The translations under genes were made by a program, and so were the position numbers. From assembly GCA_965207905.1 (NCBI GenBank), contig OZ242316.1, forward strand, positions 4,163,848-4,227,847: a stretch of DNA of 64,000 nt. Direction: 5' to 3'. This stretch comes from Phototrophicaceae bacterium. GTDB taxonomy: Bacteria; Chloroflexota; Anaerolineae; Aggregatilineales; Phototrophicaceae. Below are positions 52,061 through 62,017 of the stretch, piece after piece. Under the pieces are notes generated by a model. It saw only the letters and a list, made by a program, of their open reading frames with translations, was not told the origin of the DNA and made no database searches. Each line of letters begins with the position of its first letter. Within the stretch, counting starts at the first letter, position 1.

Positions 52061-52648
52061 CTAAGCCTGCGCGAAGCTTACGCGACGATAGATCTCGCTG
52101 AGCGGAATCTCGCAGTCGAGCGCCGGGATGACCAAATCGGCTTCAAGCCCGGCGAACGATTCGCATAGCCACTCGTCGCCGGTGCGCTGGTGAGCTTCAA
52201 TCAGCGGTTTGTCTTGCGCGACGAGGTAGTAAGCGCTTACAGACGGGATTTGCAGGTACAGCTCACGCTTGCGATTGCGGTCGATCGATTCCGTCGATGG
52301 CGAGTAGATTTCGATAATGTGGGTCGGGTTGTCGAATGTATGCTGATTGAAGCGGCAACTCATATTCGGCTCGCCGCGAACGATGGTCATGTCCGGATAG
52401 ACGAAGGTTGAATTGCGGTCAACTTCAAGGCACATCCGGCTGCCGAGCAGCTCATAGCCTTGTTCTTCAACCAGGGGATGCAAGGCTAACATCAAGTTGA
52501 CGCTGATTTGATTGTGTCGAGCGTTCGCGCCGCACATGATCCAGACGCGATTGTCTATGAGTTCATTCTTGTATTCTTGCTGGCTCTCCCAGGCAAGATA
52601 CTCGTCCGCGTTCCATAGTCTATCGGGCGAATAAGGTTTCACCAGCAT
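52061..52648 (-). CDS. Uma2 family (DUF820) endonuclease
   Basis: 195 aa with YKNELIDNRVWIMCGANARHN...PDMTIV...HIIEIYSPSTESIDRNRKRELY. Confidence 0.85.
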   Translation of the reverse strand: MLVKPYSPDRLWNADEYLAWESQQEYKNELIDNRVWIMCGANARHNQISVNLMLALHPLVEEQGYELLGSRMCLEVDRNSTFVYPDMTIVRGEPNMSCRFNQHTFDNPTHIIEIYSPSTESIDRNRKRELYLQIPSVSAYYLVAQDKPLIEAHQRTGDEWLCESFAGLEADLVIPALDCEIPLSEIYRRVSFAQA

Positions 52649-52716
52649 ACTGAGGCGCCTCCAACCCTTGAGGTGACAGAAGCATCGTCCATTCTATTCG
52701 TTCCCAGCCTGTCCCA

Positions 52717-53607
52717 CTACATCCGCGCTTCTATGCCCGCTATTGCTTCCAGCGCCTTGATAATGCTGTGATTGCCATCGCCGCCCATGCCCTGCGCTTG
52801 CAGTGTGCGATAGAGATTGAAGCAGAGCGCGGTGGCGATCACCGGGATGCCCATTTCATCAGCCGCGCCCAGCACCAGGCGCAGATCCTTCTGCTGCAAA
52901 TCGATGGAGAAACCTGGCTCCCAGTAATCGTTGATGACCTGTGGTCCGCGGTTGGCCAGCATCCAGCTGCCGGCCGCGCCGCCGGTCACCGCTTGCAGCA
53001 TCTTGTCCAGGTCGACGCCGCCCGCCTGCGCGAAAAGCAGCGCTTCGCTGGCCGCCAGCATATTCACGACGCAAAGAATCTGATTCGACAGTTTGACCGT
53101 TTGGCCGGCGCCACTCTCGCCGACATGCGTGATGGTGCTGCCCATCGCTTCGAAGCAGGGCGTCGCGCGCTGCACATCGTCCGCGCCCCCGCCGATCATG
53201 ATGCTGAGCGTGCCATTGGCCGCGCCCTCGCTGCCGCCGCTGATAGGCGCGTCCAGCATGGCCACGCCCTTGGCCTTGAGCTGCGCCGCCATCTCGACCG
53301 TGTTGACCGGATTGATCGTGCTCATGTCGATGACCAGGTCGCCCGCCGAGGCGCCGTGGATGACGCCCTCATCGCCCAGGATGACGGCTTCGACATCGGG
53401 CGTGTCGCTGACGCAGATGATGATGATGTCGCTGTTCTCGGCGACGGCGCGGGGTGAATCGGCGGCCGTTGCGCCCCTGGCCACGAAGGGCGCCATGCGG
53501 CTGGCAGTGCGGTTCCAGACGGTCAGGTCGAAGCCGGCTTTCATGAGATTGTCGACCATGCCGCGGCCCATGATGCCCAGCCCGATGAATCCGATTTTCT
53601 CGCTCAT
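52717..53607 (-). CDS. NAD(P)-dependent beta-hydroxyacid dehydrogenase (3-hydroxyisobutyrate / tartronate semialdehyde reductase family)
   Basis: 296 aa with IGFIGLGIMGRGMVDNLMKAGFDLTVWNRT. Confidence 0.85.
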   Translation of the reverse strand: MSEKIGFIGLGIMGRGMVDNLMKAGFDLTVWNRTASRMAPFVARGATAADSPRAVAENSDIIIICVSDTPDVEAVILGDEGVIHGASAGDLVIDMSTINPVNTVEMAAQLKAKGVAMLDAPISGGSEGAANGTLSIMIGGGADDVQRATPCFEAMGSTITHVGESGAGQTVKLSNQILCVVNMLAASEALLFAQAGGVDLDKMLQAVTGGAAGSWMLANRGPQVINDYWEPGFSIDLQQKDLRLVLGAADEMGIPVIATALCFNLYRTLQAQGMGGDGNHSIIKALEAIAGIEARM

Positions 53608-53789
53608 TTTGAGTTGTCCTCGCTTATGCAGTAATAGGTATTAGCGCAATGGTAACGTGAAAGGATGGTGGGGTACAGATGGAGCGGGCTGGAGCGAAGG
53701 CACTATTAGCATCGCCAGAGCGATTGACTGCTTAGAATCACAAGTTATGTTACTATCACGGAACTGAAGTTAGTTTGCGGAGGCGGATT

Positions 53790-53969
53790 ATGGCCAGTTT
53801 GGGAGGCCCAGAACTCTTACTCATCGTCATATACCTGATTTTCTTGCTTATTCCGCTGGCTGTGCTGTACTTGATTATACGCCAGGCAGTGCTATCCGCC
53901 TTGCGGAAGTTTTATCGCGAGCTTGATGACCCGGGGAAGAAGAAAATTCAGGCGCATGGCAATCTTTGA
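53790..53969 (+). CDS. Hypothetical small single-pass membrane protein
   Basis: ATG 53790 lies 6 nt after GGAGG. The product is 59 aa: a TM helix (LLLIVIYLIFLLIPLAVLYLII) then a charged tail. Coding status is uncertain. Confidence 0.35.
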   Translation: MASLGGPELLLIVIYLIFLLIPLAVLYLIIRQAVLSALRKFYRELDDPGKKKIQAHGNL

Positions 53970-54039
53970 TCTTGCGCAACGGTCTATCGTGGAGCCCGTG
54001 ATATAATCGACGCTACACAGACAAGCAGGAGCTAGAGAG

Positions 54040-54402
54040 ATGTTGACGGACGACATTCGGCTCGGGCGGATTGAACAAGAATACCAAACCGTGCGTGGCA
54101 CACAAGATCAGCTGATGGATCGCATGAACGGGACAGGCGATGTTTTGCAGAGCCTGTTCGATCAAGTGGCCGCCAACGCGAGGTTGATAGAAGCGAATCG
54201 AGACGCCAGCCGGCAAGCGACAGAAGCGAACCGCAAAGCGATAGAAGCGAACCGAAAGGCGATAGAAGCGAACCGAGAAGAGATCGTGCTCCTTCGCCAA
54301 GCGGTTGCGGAAAACAGCCAAATGCTTATGGATATCATGGATCACTTGCAAGTGCCTAAGAGACGGACAGGTTTCTTGAAGACTGATGACAGCCCGAGCT
54401 AA
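54040..54402 (+). CDS. Small coiled-coil protein with IEANRKA heptad repeats, paralogue of 42195-42440
   Basis: 120 aa. 21-bp tandem units lie at 54187-54207 (degenerate), 54220-54240, 54241-54261 and 54262-54282. The N- and C-termini match the 81-aa paralogue. Confidence 0.55.
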   Translation: MLTDDIRLGRIEQEYQTVRGTQDQLMDRMNGTGDVLQSLFDQVAANARLIEANRDASRQATEANRKAIEANRKAIEANREEIVLLRQAVAENSQMLMDIMDHLQVPKRRTGFLKTDDSPS

Positions 54403-54410
54403 TCGCCAAA

Positions 54411-57400
54411 CTACGAAAACCCCAGCCCCCGCACTCTCTCCCAAAACCGCTCCACATTACCCAGCTTGACCTCGTCGTAGCCGCGGATCATATCCGGCAG
54501 TTGCGCCAGTTCTACCGCCTGCTCGTAGTTGTCCGCGCTGAGGTCCTCAATCGCCGCGAAGACCAGCCGGCGGTACTGCGCGATGAGGTCGCGCTCGACG
54601 CGCCGCACGCGATCGTAGCCGAAGGGGTCAAAGGCCGTCCCGCGCAAGAATCGCATTTGCCGCAGCGCGCGGTAGACGACATCAAACCAGCGACCGACCT
54701 GTAGCTTGCGTTTCAAGCCCAGCGCTTTGAGCAGCGGCGGCTGCAAGTGATACTGGACCCGCGCCCGCGCCCCAAATTGCGCGCTGAGCGTCTCGCGCGC
54801 TTCCGGCTTCAGGCTCAGCCGCGCGACTTCGTACTCGTCTTTGTAAGCCATCAGCTTGAAGAGGTAGCGAGCGACGGCTTGGCTCAAGTCGGTCTGGCCG
54901 GGGCAAGCGGCCTGCTCCGTGGCGTATACGCGTTGGACATCGTCGACGTATCGGCGCGCATAGGCTTGGTTTTGATAGGCGATCAATTCCGGCACGCGAA
55001 CTTCGATCAGCCGCTTCAATTCGCCCTCGGCCGGCAGCGAGTCAATCAAGGCTTGCGCTGCTGCCGAGCGCTCGACCTGCGGCTCTACCTCGCCGACGCG
55101 CTTGACATCCAGCCCCGCCAGCCAGTCGCGGTCGGCCACGGCCAATCTGCCCGCGCGAAAGGCGTGCTGATTGTCTTCGACCTTGACGCCGTTCAATTCG
55201 ATGGCGCGCTCGATGGCGTCGGCGGACATGGGCAGGGTACCGGCTTGGTAGGCGGCGCCGATGACGATGAAATTCGCCATCATGTGGTCGCCAAAGAGCG
55301 TCTCCGCCAGTCCCAGCGCGTCGAAGAAGACGTTGTCGCCGGCTCTGGTCGCCCGGTTGATGATCTCCAGCAGATGATCGGCTTGGGGATATTCGACGGT
55401 GGTATCGCGCACCATAGCGCCGGTCGGCACTTTGCTGGTGCTGACGATGGCGACGCTGCGCTGCGGATTGGCGCGCGCCAGATTCTTGCTCGCGGTCGCC
55501 GTCAGCACGTCAAATGCCAGGAAGGCGTCGGTCGCGCTGGCGCCGATCTTGGGCGCGATGTCGATAGGCTCCGCCGTGATCTTGAGATTGGAGACGACCG
55601 GCCCGCCTTTCTGGCTGAGCCCGGTCTGGTCCAGCGAACGGACGTGATAGCCATCCAGCGCCGCGGCTGTGCCCAGCACCTGATTGGCGGTGACGACACC
55701 CGTACCGCCGATGCCCATCATCAAGATATTCGCCGTGCCGTTTACCCGTTGCCGCGGCGCCGCAATCGCCTGCTCGACGCGATAGCTCGGCTTGGCTTGC
55801 CGCTGCGGCAGCTCGGATGGGATAACGCTCATGAATGCCGGGCAGTTGCCCTCGAGGCAGCTGTAGTCCTTGTTGCAAGACGATTGATGAATCTGGGTTT
55901 TGCGGCCGAACTCGGTCTCGACCGGCTGCACACTGAGGCAATTGGAGACGGCGCCGCAATCGCCACAGCCTTCGCAGACCGCCTCGTTGATGACGATGCG
56001 CAGCGTGGGGTCGGCCGCCAGGCCGCGCCGCCGCTTGCGCCGCAAGTTGGCCGCGCATTCCTGGTCGTAGATCAAGGCGGTCACGCCGGGCGTATCGCGC
56101 AGGAGCAGCTGCGCCTCTTCCATGCGCTCGCGCTCCCAGACTTCGGCGCCCGGCGCCCAATGCGCATCCGGCGCGAACTTGCCCGGATCGTCCGAGATGA
56201 CGATGGTCTTCTTCACCCCTTCGGCGTAAAGCAGGTGGGTCATCTCCGGCACGGGCATCAAGCCATCGGCCGCTTGCCCGCCGGTCATGGCCACGGCCGA
56301 ATTGTAGAGGATCTTGTAAGTCACTTTCGTTCCGGCGGCGACCGCCTGACGCACGGAGAGCGAGCCGCTATGGGCGAAGGTGCCGTCGCCGATATTCTGG
56401 AAAATGTGGTCGATATTGGTGAAGGTTTCCGCGCCGACCCAATTGGCGCCCTCGCCGCCCATCTGCGTGACGCCGGCGGTATTGCGATCCATCATGATCG
56501 CCAGGGTGTGGCAGCCGATGCCCGCCCCGGCCATCGAACCGTCGGGCACCTTGGTGGAGCGATTATGCGGGCAGCCGGAGCAGAAATAGGGCGAGCGCGC
56601 GGCGATGGGAATCACGCCCAGGTCGGGCTGGCGTTTGATCGCGCGCAAGCGGCGCTCCAGCAGGGGCGCGTCTACCCGCCCGTTCAGACGCCGCGCCAGC
56701 ACCAGCGTGATCTCGTCGGCGTCCAGCTCGTTGTCGGCTTTGACCAGCTTGGCCCCCGTCTCGTCTTTCTTGCCGACGATTAGCGGAGTATGCGCGCTGC
56801 CGTAGAGCGCTTCCTTGCAGAAGATTTCGATGAAAGCGCGCTTCTCTTCAATCACGAGGATTTCGTCCAGGCCGGCGGCGAATTCGCTTAAGATTTCGCG
56901 CTCGAGCGGGAAGATCATGCCCAGCTTGAGCAGGCGGATGCCGGCGCGTTGCAGCGCTTCGTCGTCCAGGCCGATGTCGTTGAGCGCCCCGCGCAAGTCG
57001 TACCAGGTCTTGCCGGCGGCGATAATGCCCAGCCAGGCATCTTCCGTCGGCACGGCAATTTCGTTGATGTGATTGGCGCGCGCGAAAGCCAGGGCCGCGT
57101 CAAGCCGCTCGTCGTGAATTTCTTTCTCCTGCTGCAAGCTGTAAGGCGAGAGCAGGGCGGTATTCTGCCTTGGGCGCCAGGGCTGCCCGTTCAGCTGGAA
57201 ATCCGGCTCGCTGATGCTGACCCGCCCTGTGCCGACCTCGACGCTGCTGTATTCATCGGCGACATCGGTGACGATTTTGAAGCCGACCCAAAGCCCGCTG
57301 AAGCGCGACAAGCTGAAACCGAGCAATCCCATATCGAGGATTTCCTGCGCGCTGCCCGGGTAGAGGATGGGCATCAGCGCATCATAGAGCGCGACTTCGG

Positions 57401-57917
57401 AGTGCGACGGGATGGTCGAGGACTTGCATGAGGGGTCATCGCCGGCCAGGGCCAGCACGCCGCCGTATTGCCCTACGCCGGCCAGGTTGGCATGTTTGAA
57501 GGCATCGCCGCTGCGATCGACGCCGGGCCCTTTGCCGTACCAGATGCCGCAGACGCCGTCGAACTTCGGGTCGGGCAGCAGATTGACCGTTTGGCTGCCC
57601 ATGATGGCGGTAGCGGCCAAGTCTTCGTTCACGGCCGGGATGAAGCGGATATGATGCTCCTCCAGCAGATGCGGGATGCCTTCCAGCACGAAATCTAGCA
57701 CACCGATGGGCGAGCCGCGATAACCGGTGATCAAGCCGGCGGTATGCAGCCCGCGCGCTAGATCCGCTCGGTGCTGGTCCAGCGGCAGGCGCGCCAGCGC
57801 TTGAATGCCGCTCATGATGACCCGGCCGTCTTCGGCGGTATAACGGTCTTCCAGCGTGAAAGTCTTGATGTCGCGTGGCTCGGCGATAGCTGCGGGCGGC
57901 GCTTTGATCTTGAGCAT
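54411..57917 (-). CDS. Indolepyruvate ferredoxin oxidoreductase family protein (fused alpha/beta, 2-oxoacid:ferredoxin oxidoreductase)
   Basis: 1168 aa. The N-terminus reads TLEDRYTAEDGRVIMSGIQALARLPLDQHRADLARGLHTAGLITGYRGSPIG. It has a TPP region and a CxxCxxC...C ferredoxin-like cluster (CEGCGDCGAVSNC). Confidence 0.9.
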   Translation of the reverse strand: MLKIKAPPAAIAEPRDIKTFTLEDRYTAEDGRVIMSGIQALARLPLDQHRADLARGLHTAGLITGYRGSPIGVLDFVLEGIPHLLEEHHIRFIPAVNEDLAATAIMGSQTVNLLPDPKFDGVCGIWYGKGPGVDRSGDAFKHANLAGVGQYGGVLALAGDDPSCKSSTIPSHSEVALYDALMPILYPGSAQEILDMGLLGFSLSRFSGLWVGFKIVTDVADEYSSVEVGTGRVSISEPDFQLNGQPWRPRQNTALLSPYSLQQEKEIHDERLDAALAFARANHINEIAVPTEDAWLGIIAAGKTWYDLRGALNDIGLDDEALQRAGIRLLKLGMIFPLEREILSEFAAGLDEILVIEEKRAFIEIFCKEALYGSAHTPLIVGKKDETGAKLVKADNELDADEITLVLARRLNGRVDAPLLERRLRAIKRQPDLGVIPIAARSPYFCSGCPHNRSTKVPDGSMAGAGIGCHTLAIMMDRNTAGVTQMGGEGANWVGAETFTNIDHIFQNIGDGTFAHSGSLSVRQAVAAGTKVTYKILYNSAVAMTGGQAADGLMPVPEMTHLLYAEGVKKTIVISDDPGKFAPDAHWAPGAEVWERERMEEAQLLLRDTPGVTALIYDQECAANLRRKRRRGLAADPTLRIVINEAVCEGCGDCGAVSNCLSVQPVETEFGRKTQIHQSSCNKDYSCLEGNCPAFMSVIPSELPQRQAKPSYRVEQAIAAPRQRVNGTANILMMGIGGTGVVTANQVLGTAAALDGYHVRSLDQTGLSQKGGPVVSNLKITAEPIDIAPKIGASATDAFLAFDVLTATASKNLARANPQRSVAIVSTSKVPTGAMVRDTTVEYPQADHLLEIINRATRAGDNVFFDALGLAETLFGDHMMANFIVIGAAYQAGTLPMSADAIERAIELNGVKVEDNQHAFRAGRLAVADRDWLAGLDVKRVGEVEPQVERSAAAQALIDSLPAEGELKRLIEVRVPELIAYQNQAYARRYVDDVQRVYATEQAACPGQTDLSQAVARYLFKLMAYKDEYEVARLSLKPEARETLSAQFGARARVQYHLQPPLLKALGLKRKLQVGRWFDVVYRALRQMRFLRGTAFDPFGYDRVRRVERDLIAQYRRLVFAAIEDLSADNYEQAVELAQLPDMIRGYDEVKLGNVERFWERVRGLGFS

Positions 57918-58030
57918 AATCGACCTAATCTCTACTTGGCCTCACCTTCATTTATAACAGATTACGCCTGCGATAGCACCCGGCGCGGGGCGTACGACAG
58001 AGCAATCGCTTCAAATAAGTTTCAACAAAG

Positions 58031-58197
58031 AGAGCGCAGAGGGCACAGAGTTCGTAGGAGTTTAGACGACTATTCTACTAAATCTGCGGCCTGGGTTAGG
58101 CAACAGTCACTAGCGAAACGTGAACCACAAATCACAGTTCAAATAAGACATGAACACATATTCTTTGTTTTTCTCTGTGTTCTCTGCGCCCTCTGTA
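58031..58197. repeat. CACAGAG-family element without protein cargo (~165 bp between inverted ends)
   Basis: The left end is agagcgcagagggcacagag (58031-58050) and the right end is ttctctgtgttctctgcgccctctgtag (58171-58197). They are imperfect inverted repeats sharing the gcgcagag and cacagag blocks. Confidence 0.7.
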
Positions 58198-58308
58198 GTT
58201 GATTTTCAGTTTAGATTCCCACCTTTTCAGCCGCTATCGTTTTGATGCAATTGCCCAGGGCGGCTAATCTGATAGTCTGCTTCTTCGAAGTTAGGCAGTT
58301 GCGCCAAT

Positions 58309-58815
58309 CTATATGGCGGTCAGCCAGGCGCTTGTCGCCAGAATTGAAACAGCGAGAAGCGCGATCAAGAGGGTAAGCCGTCTCTCTCGTCCCCGCAGCC
58401 GGCGCCACTCATCTGTATCGCCCTGGCCCCGCTCCAGCAGCAAGCTGGTCCGCTCCAGCGCCGGCGCCACGGCAATTTGAAGCAACAGGCCGGCTGCCGC
58501 CATGACGATGAGCAGCAAGTGCTTGAGCAGCAGCACTTGGCTCCAGCGATTGCTGAAGCTGAGCAAGCCTTCGTAATTGGGGTCGGTCGACATCTGCAGC
58601 AGACCGGTGACGATGAGCGCGGCCAGCGATAGATTGCCCAGGGGCGTGAAGCGCTTGCGCAGGCGGCGCAGCAATTTATGGAGCGTGGGCTGGTCCGCCA
58701 GGGCGCGGTTCAACTCGGGAACGACCAGGAAGGTCACCAGCAGGATGCCGCCGATCCAGATGACAGTCGCCCCGATATGCAAGAACAGGCTGAGCGCCAG
58801 CGCCGCTTCGGACAT
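58309..58815 (-). CDS. CopD-like integral membrane protein (4 TM)
   Basis: 168 aa. The N-terminal LFLHIGATVIWIGGILLVTFLV resembles CopD/DUF-type copper-resistance membrane domains. The assignment is tentative. Confidence 0.45.
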   Translation of the reverse strand: MSEAALALSLFLHIGATVIWIGGILLVTFLVVPELNRALADQPTLHKLLRRLRKRFTPLGNLSLAALIVTGLLQMSTDPNYEGLLSFSNRWSQVLLLKHLLLIVMAAAGLLLQIAVAPALERTSLLLERGQGDTDEWRRLRGRERRLTLLIALLAVSILATSAWLTAI

Positions 58816-58819
58816 GAGT

Positions 58820-59557
58820 CTACGACTGCTCGCGCAGCCAGGCCTCGTATTCCTCCTGCGCCTCGGCGTTCAGGGGATAGTATTTCTCCAGCGGCTCGCC
58901 TTCCTCCAGTTTCATGCGCGAGAAGACTTCCCAGGCGGCTTTCTCGGTCGCAAGCTGGGCGATTTCAGCAGCCAGCGCGATGGGCACAAGGACCGCGCCA
59001 TCGTCATCGGCCACGATCACATCGCCGGGTATTACGAATACGCCGGCGCAGGCGATGGGCGCGTTGACTGCGTGCGGGAAAATATCCGTCTGCGTATGGA
59101 AATTGGGCGTCACGCCGCGCAACCACAAGCCGAGGTCGATCTGCTGCACTTCGGGAAAGTCGCGGATGCAGCCGTCGATGACCACGCCCTGGCCGCCGCG
59201 CGCCTTAAAAGACGTCAGCATCATCTCGCCGAAGACGCCGCTGGACAGGCTGCCGCGCGCGTCGACCACCACGATATCACCCGGCTCGCAAGCGATGATG
59301 GCTTTGCGATGCAGTTCACGCTCGGGCGAGGCAGCGTATTCATCGCCCCAGTGCAGGTCTTCGCGCTTGGGCATGAATTGCAGCGTGACCGCCTGGCCGG
59401 CGACTGACTTTCCCGGATTAAAAGGCGTCAAGCCTGCCATGTGCGGATTGCGGATGCCTTTTTTCGCCAGCGTCCCGGCGATGTTGGCTGTGCCGATTTC
59501 GCGCAGGCGCTCAATCAGTCCCTGATCAATGCGTTCGAAAGTTGGAATCTCAGTCAT
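58820..59557 (-). CDS. RraA family protein (RraA / 4-hydroxy-4-methyl-2-oxoglutarate aldolase-like)
   Basis: 245 aa with GDIVVVDARG...GEMM...GVVIDGCIRD motifs typical of RraA-like proteins. Confidence 0.75.
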   Translation of the reverse strand: MTEIPTFERIDQGLIERLREIGTANIAGTLAKKGIRNPHMAGLTPFNPGKSVAGQAVTLQFMPKREDLHWGDEYAASPERELHRKAIIACEPGDIVVVDARGSLSSGVFGEMMLTSFKARGGQGVVIDGCIRDFPEVQQIDLGLWLRGVTPNFHTQTDIFPHAVNAPIACAGVFVIPGDVIVADDDGAVLVPIALAAEIAQLATEKAAWEVFSRMKLEEGEPLEKYYPLNAEAQEEYEAWLREQS

Positions 59558-59702
59558 ATCGTCAATTCGTATAGTGTAGGTAGTCCATTGGGATAGATTA
59601 TATCACTAGCGCCGCGGGCGACAGGGCGGCTGAAATTGGACCTGTGGTAAGATAATTTTATCGCCGTTGCATCGCCGCTCCGGTAGGAGTCGAGGAGGCG
59701 CC

Positions 59703-61958
59703 ATGCAAGACGTTTCGCCTTTTGCCTCTCCCGATTTAGGCTTCCGCGAGGCAATCAGAATCGCGCTGCGGCCTTCGTCGCTATTGAGGAGCGTATTCAC
59801 GAGCGCTATTATTTGGCTGCTGATAGCCAGCGCCGTGCCGTCATACGCCAAGTTGATTTTCCACGGCAAAATGGCGGACTACTTCGCCGCCGGCTTGGGC
59901 ATCACCCTGGTAAGCCAAATCGTCATGCTTGCGGTCACTTCCTTGACGAGTTCCGACCATGCGACGATTGTCATCCCGCAGAGCCCGACAGCGGTCATCC
60001 AAGGCTTTATCGCCAGCAGCGCGGTTGCGGCGGCGCCGGCCGATATGTCGCCTGAGGCGCTGTTTCCGATGGTGTACTGGATAATCGTGCTGTCGTCGGT
60101 CCTTACCGGGTGCTTCATTATGCTGCTGGGCATCACGCGCGCCGGGGACGTGGTGCGATACATCCCCTATCCCATTGTCGGCGGTTTCCTGGCGGGTTTG
60201 GGTTGGCTGATCTTCAACGCCGGATTCGCCTTTGTCGTTGACCATCGGGTCGCGGCAGAGACTTTGCCCATTCTCATGGCGGGCGATGTCTTCGCGCGCT
60301 GGCTGCCAGCGCTGATTTTTGCGGTCTGCGTGCTCGTGCTGCAGGAGCGCATGAGAAACGTGATGATCATGCCGGCCATGATTATTGTGGCTGTTGTATT
60401 GTTCTATGCTTGGGCCTACCTTGTCATTGGGGACGTGGACGCCGTGGCGGAAGCCGGCTGGTTCCTGCCCAAAGTGCCGGAGTCGATCGTCTGGCCCCCG
60501 CTTGATCTGGCTGCTATCGCTCGGATTGATCCTGCCATGATCGGCGCGAGCGCGGGCGGCATCCTGACCTTGATAATCGTTTGCACGCTCAACGTGTTCT
60601 TCAGAGCCAGCGCGCAGGAGCTGGTCAGCAGCCGTGAGCTGGACTTCAACCGTGAATGCACGGTCAACGGCGCGGCAAACATCGCCTCTGGCATAGCGGG
60701 CGGGGGTGTCCTGGGTTATCACGGCCCGGCCTCGACCGCGCTGGTTGAACTGATGGGGGTTTACGGTCGGCTGGTGGGCATCATTCTCGCGCTGATGTTC
60801 TGGCTGACGCTGATGTTCGGCAGCGCGCTGTTTTCGCTGATCCCGCGCTTTCTGCCGGCCGGATTGCTGATGTATTTTGGTCTGCAATTCATGAAAGAGT
60901 GGCTGCTGGAAAGCTGGTTCAAGCTGCCAAGACAGGACTACGTTATTGTGGTAGTCATAGCGCTCGCTACCGCGCTGTTTGGGCTGCTAACCGGCATCGG
61001 CCTGGGGCTGGTGCTGGCGATGTCGTTCTTCGTCCTGGAATACAGCCGGATGAATGTGATCAAACACGAGTTGTCGGCTGATGTGCATGGCAGCAATCTC
61101 GATCGTTCCTTTGCCGAAAATCAGTTCCTGCAGCAAGAGGGCGAGAAGATCTTGATCTTTCGCTTGCAGGGCTATCTGTTTTTCGGCACAGCCTATCGAT
61201 TCTACGAACATGTCAAGCGCGTCGTTTCCGCTGAGGCGGACATTCAATTCAGGTATATCGTCCTCGATTTCAAAGCTGTTAGCGGCTTTGATGTGTCGAC
61301 GATCAACGACTTTAGAAAGCTGAAGCAATTGCTTGACAGGTATGGAATCGAGTTGCTGTTCTCCAGCGTCTTGCCGCATTTGCAGCCGCTTTTGGCAGAT
61401 GGCGGCATTGTGGGGCGCATTTCCGGCGGGCCTCAGTTTTTCGACGATCTCGATCATGCGCTGGAATGGTGTGAGAACGCGCTGCTGGCGGGCGCAGACT
61501 TGCATACGCAGCGTCAAGTCACGGTCGAAGAGCAGCTTTCGCAGCATGCGATGATCGACAGTCGCGATGCGAGCGCCCTGCAAAGATATCTCGACCGGGT
61601 CGAGACCAAGGCGGGGGATATGGTTGTCCGCCAAGGCGACGTATCGGATGCGATGTATTTCATTGAGTCCGGCCGCGTTGATGTCTTGCTGCAGGGAGAG
61701 GGGCCGGAAGTCCTGCGATTGCGCAGTATGACCGCCGGAACGGTGATTGGCGAGGTGGGTTTTTACCTCAAGAAAGCTCGCACAGCTTCAATTGTCGTTA
61801 CCGAGCCCGGCGTCTTGCAGCGCTTGAGCCTGGAGGCGCTGCAGCAAATGGAAGCCTCGGACCCGCGCACGGCCTCGGCATTACACATGTTTATTACCTG
61901 CGCGCTGTCGGATCGGCTGTCGACCACCAATCGGGTAATACAAGAATTGATGGACTGA
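59703..61958 (+). CDS. SulP-family anion transporter with C-terminal STAS and cyclic-nucleotide-binding domains
   Basis: The ORF track starts at a TTG at 59667. ATG 59703 follows GGAGG. A ~450-aa polytopic region is followed by a STAS-like segment (ILIFRLQGYLFFGTA...IVLDFKAVSGFDVS). A cNMP-binding segment then follows (GDMVVRQGDVSDAMYFIESGRVDVLL...GTVIGEVGF...RTASIVV). Confidence 0.8.
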   Translation: MQDVSPFASPDLGFREAIRIALRPSSLLRSVFTSAIIWLLIASAVPSYAKLIFHGKMADYFAAGLGITLVSQIVMLAVTSLTSSDHATIVIPQSPTAVIQGFIASSAVAAAPADMSPEALFPMVYWIIVLSSVLTGCFIMLLGITRAGDVVRYIPYPIVGGFLAGLGWLIFNAGFAFVVDHRVAAETLPILMAGDVFARWLPALIFAVCVLVLQERMRNVMIMPAMIIVAVVLFYAWAYLVIGDVDAVAEAGWFLPKVPESIVWPPLDLAAIARIDPAMIGASAGGILTLIIVCTLNVFFRASAQELVSSRELDFNRECTVNGAANIASGIAGGGVLGYHGPASTALVELMGVYGRLVGIILALMFWLTLMFGSALFSLIPRFLPAGLLMYFGLQFMKEWLLESWFKLPRQDYVIVVVIALATALFGLLTGIGLGLVLAMSFFVLEYSRMNVIKHELSADVHGSNLDRSFAENQFLQQEGEKILIFRLQGYLFFGTAYRFYEHVKRVVSAEADIQFRYIVLDFKAVSGFDVSTINDFRKLKQLLDRYGIELLFSSVLPHLQPLLADGGIVGRISGGPQFFDDLDHALEWCENALLAGADLHTQRQVTVEEQLSQHAMIDSRDASALQRYLDRVETKAGDMVVRQGDVSDAMYFIESGRVDVLLQGEGPEVLRLRSMTAGTVIGEVGFYLKKARTASIVVTEPGVLQRLSLEALQQMEASDPRTASALHMFITCALSDRLSTTNRVIQELMD

Positions 61959-62017
61959 GGCTGCGGATTCCCTCGTGTCGATTAGCGGAACGGACCCGAA
62001 ACGAGACGCCCTGATCG

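Noticed and set aside
54747-56783. 678-aa plus-strand ORF inside the indolepyruvate ferredoxin oxidoreductase gene
   Set aside because: It is an antisense shadow ORF in a high-GC gene. The minus-strand product has TPP and ferredoxin-cluster motifs.
59841-60887. 348-aa minus-strand ORF opposite the SulP transporter
   Set aside because: It is a highly basic, low-complexity antisense translation. The plus strand encodes a coherent polytopic transporter.
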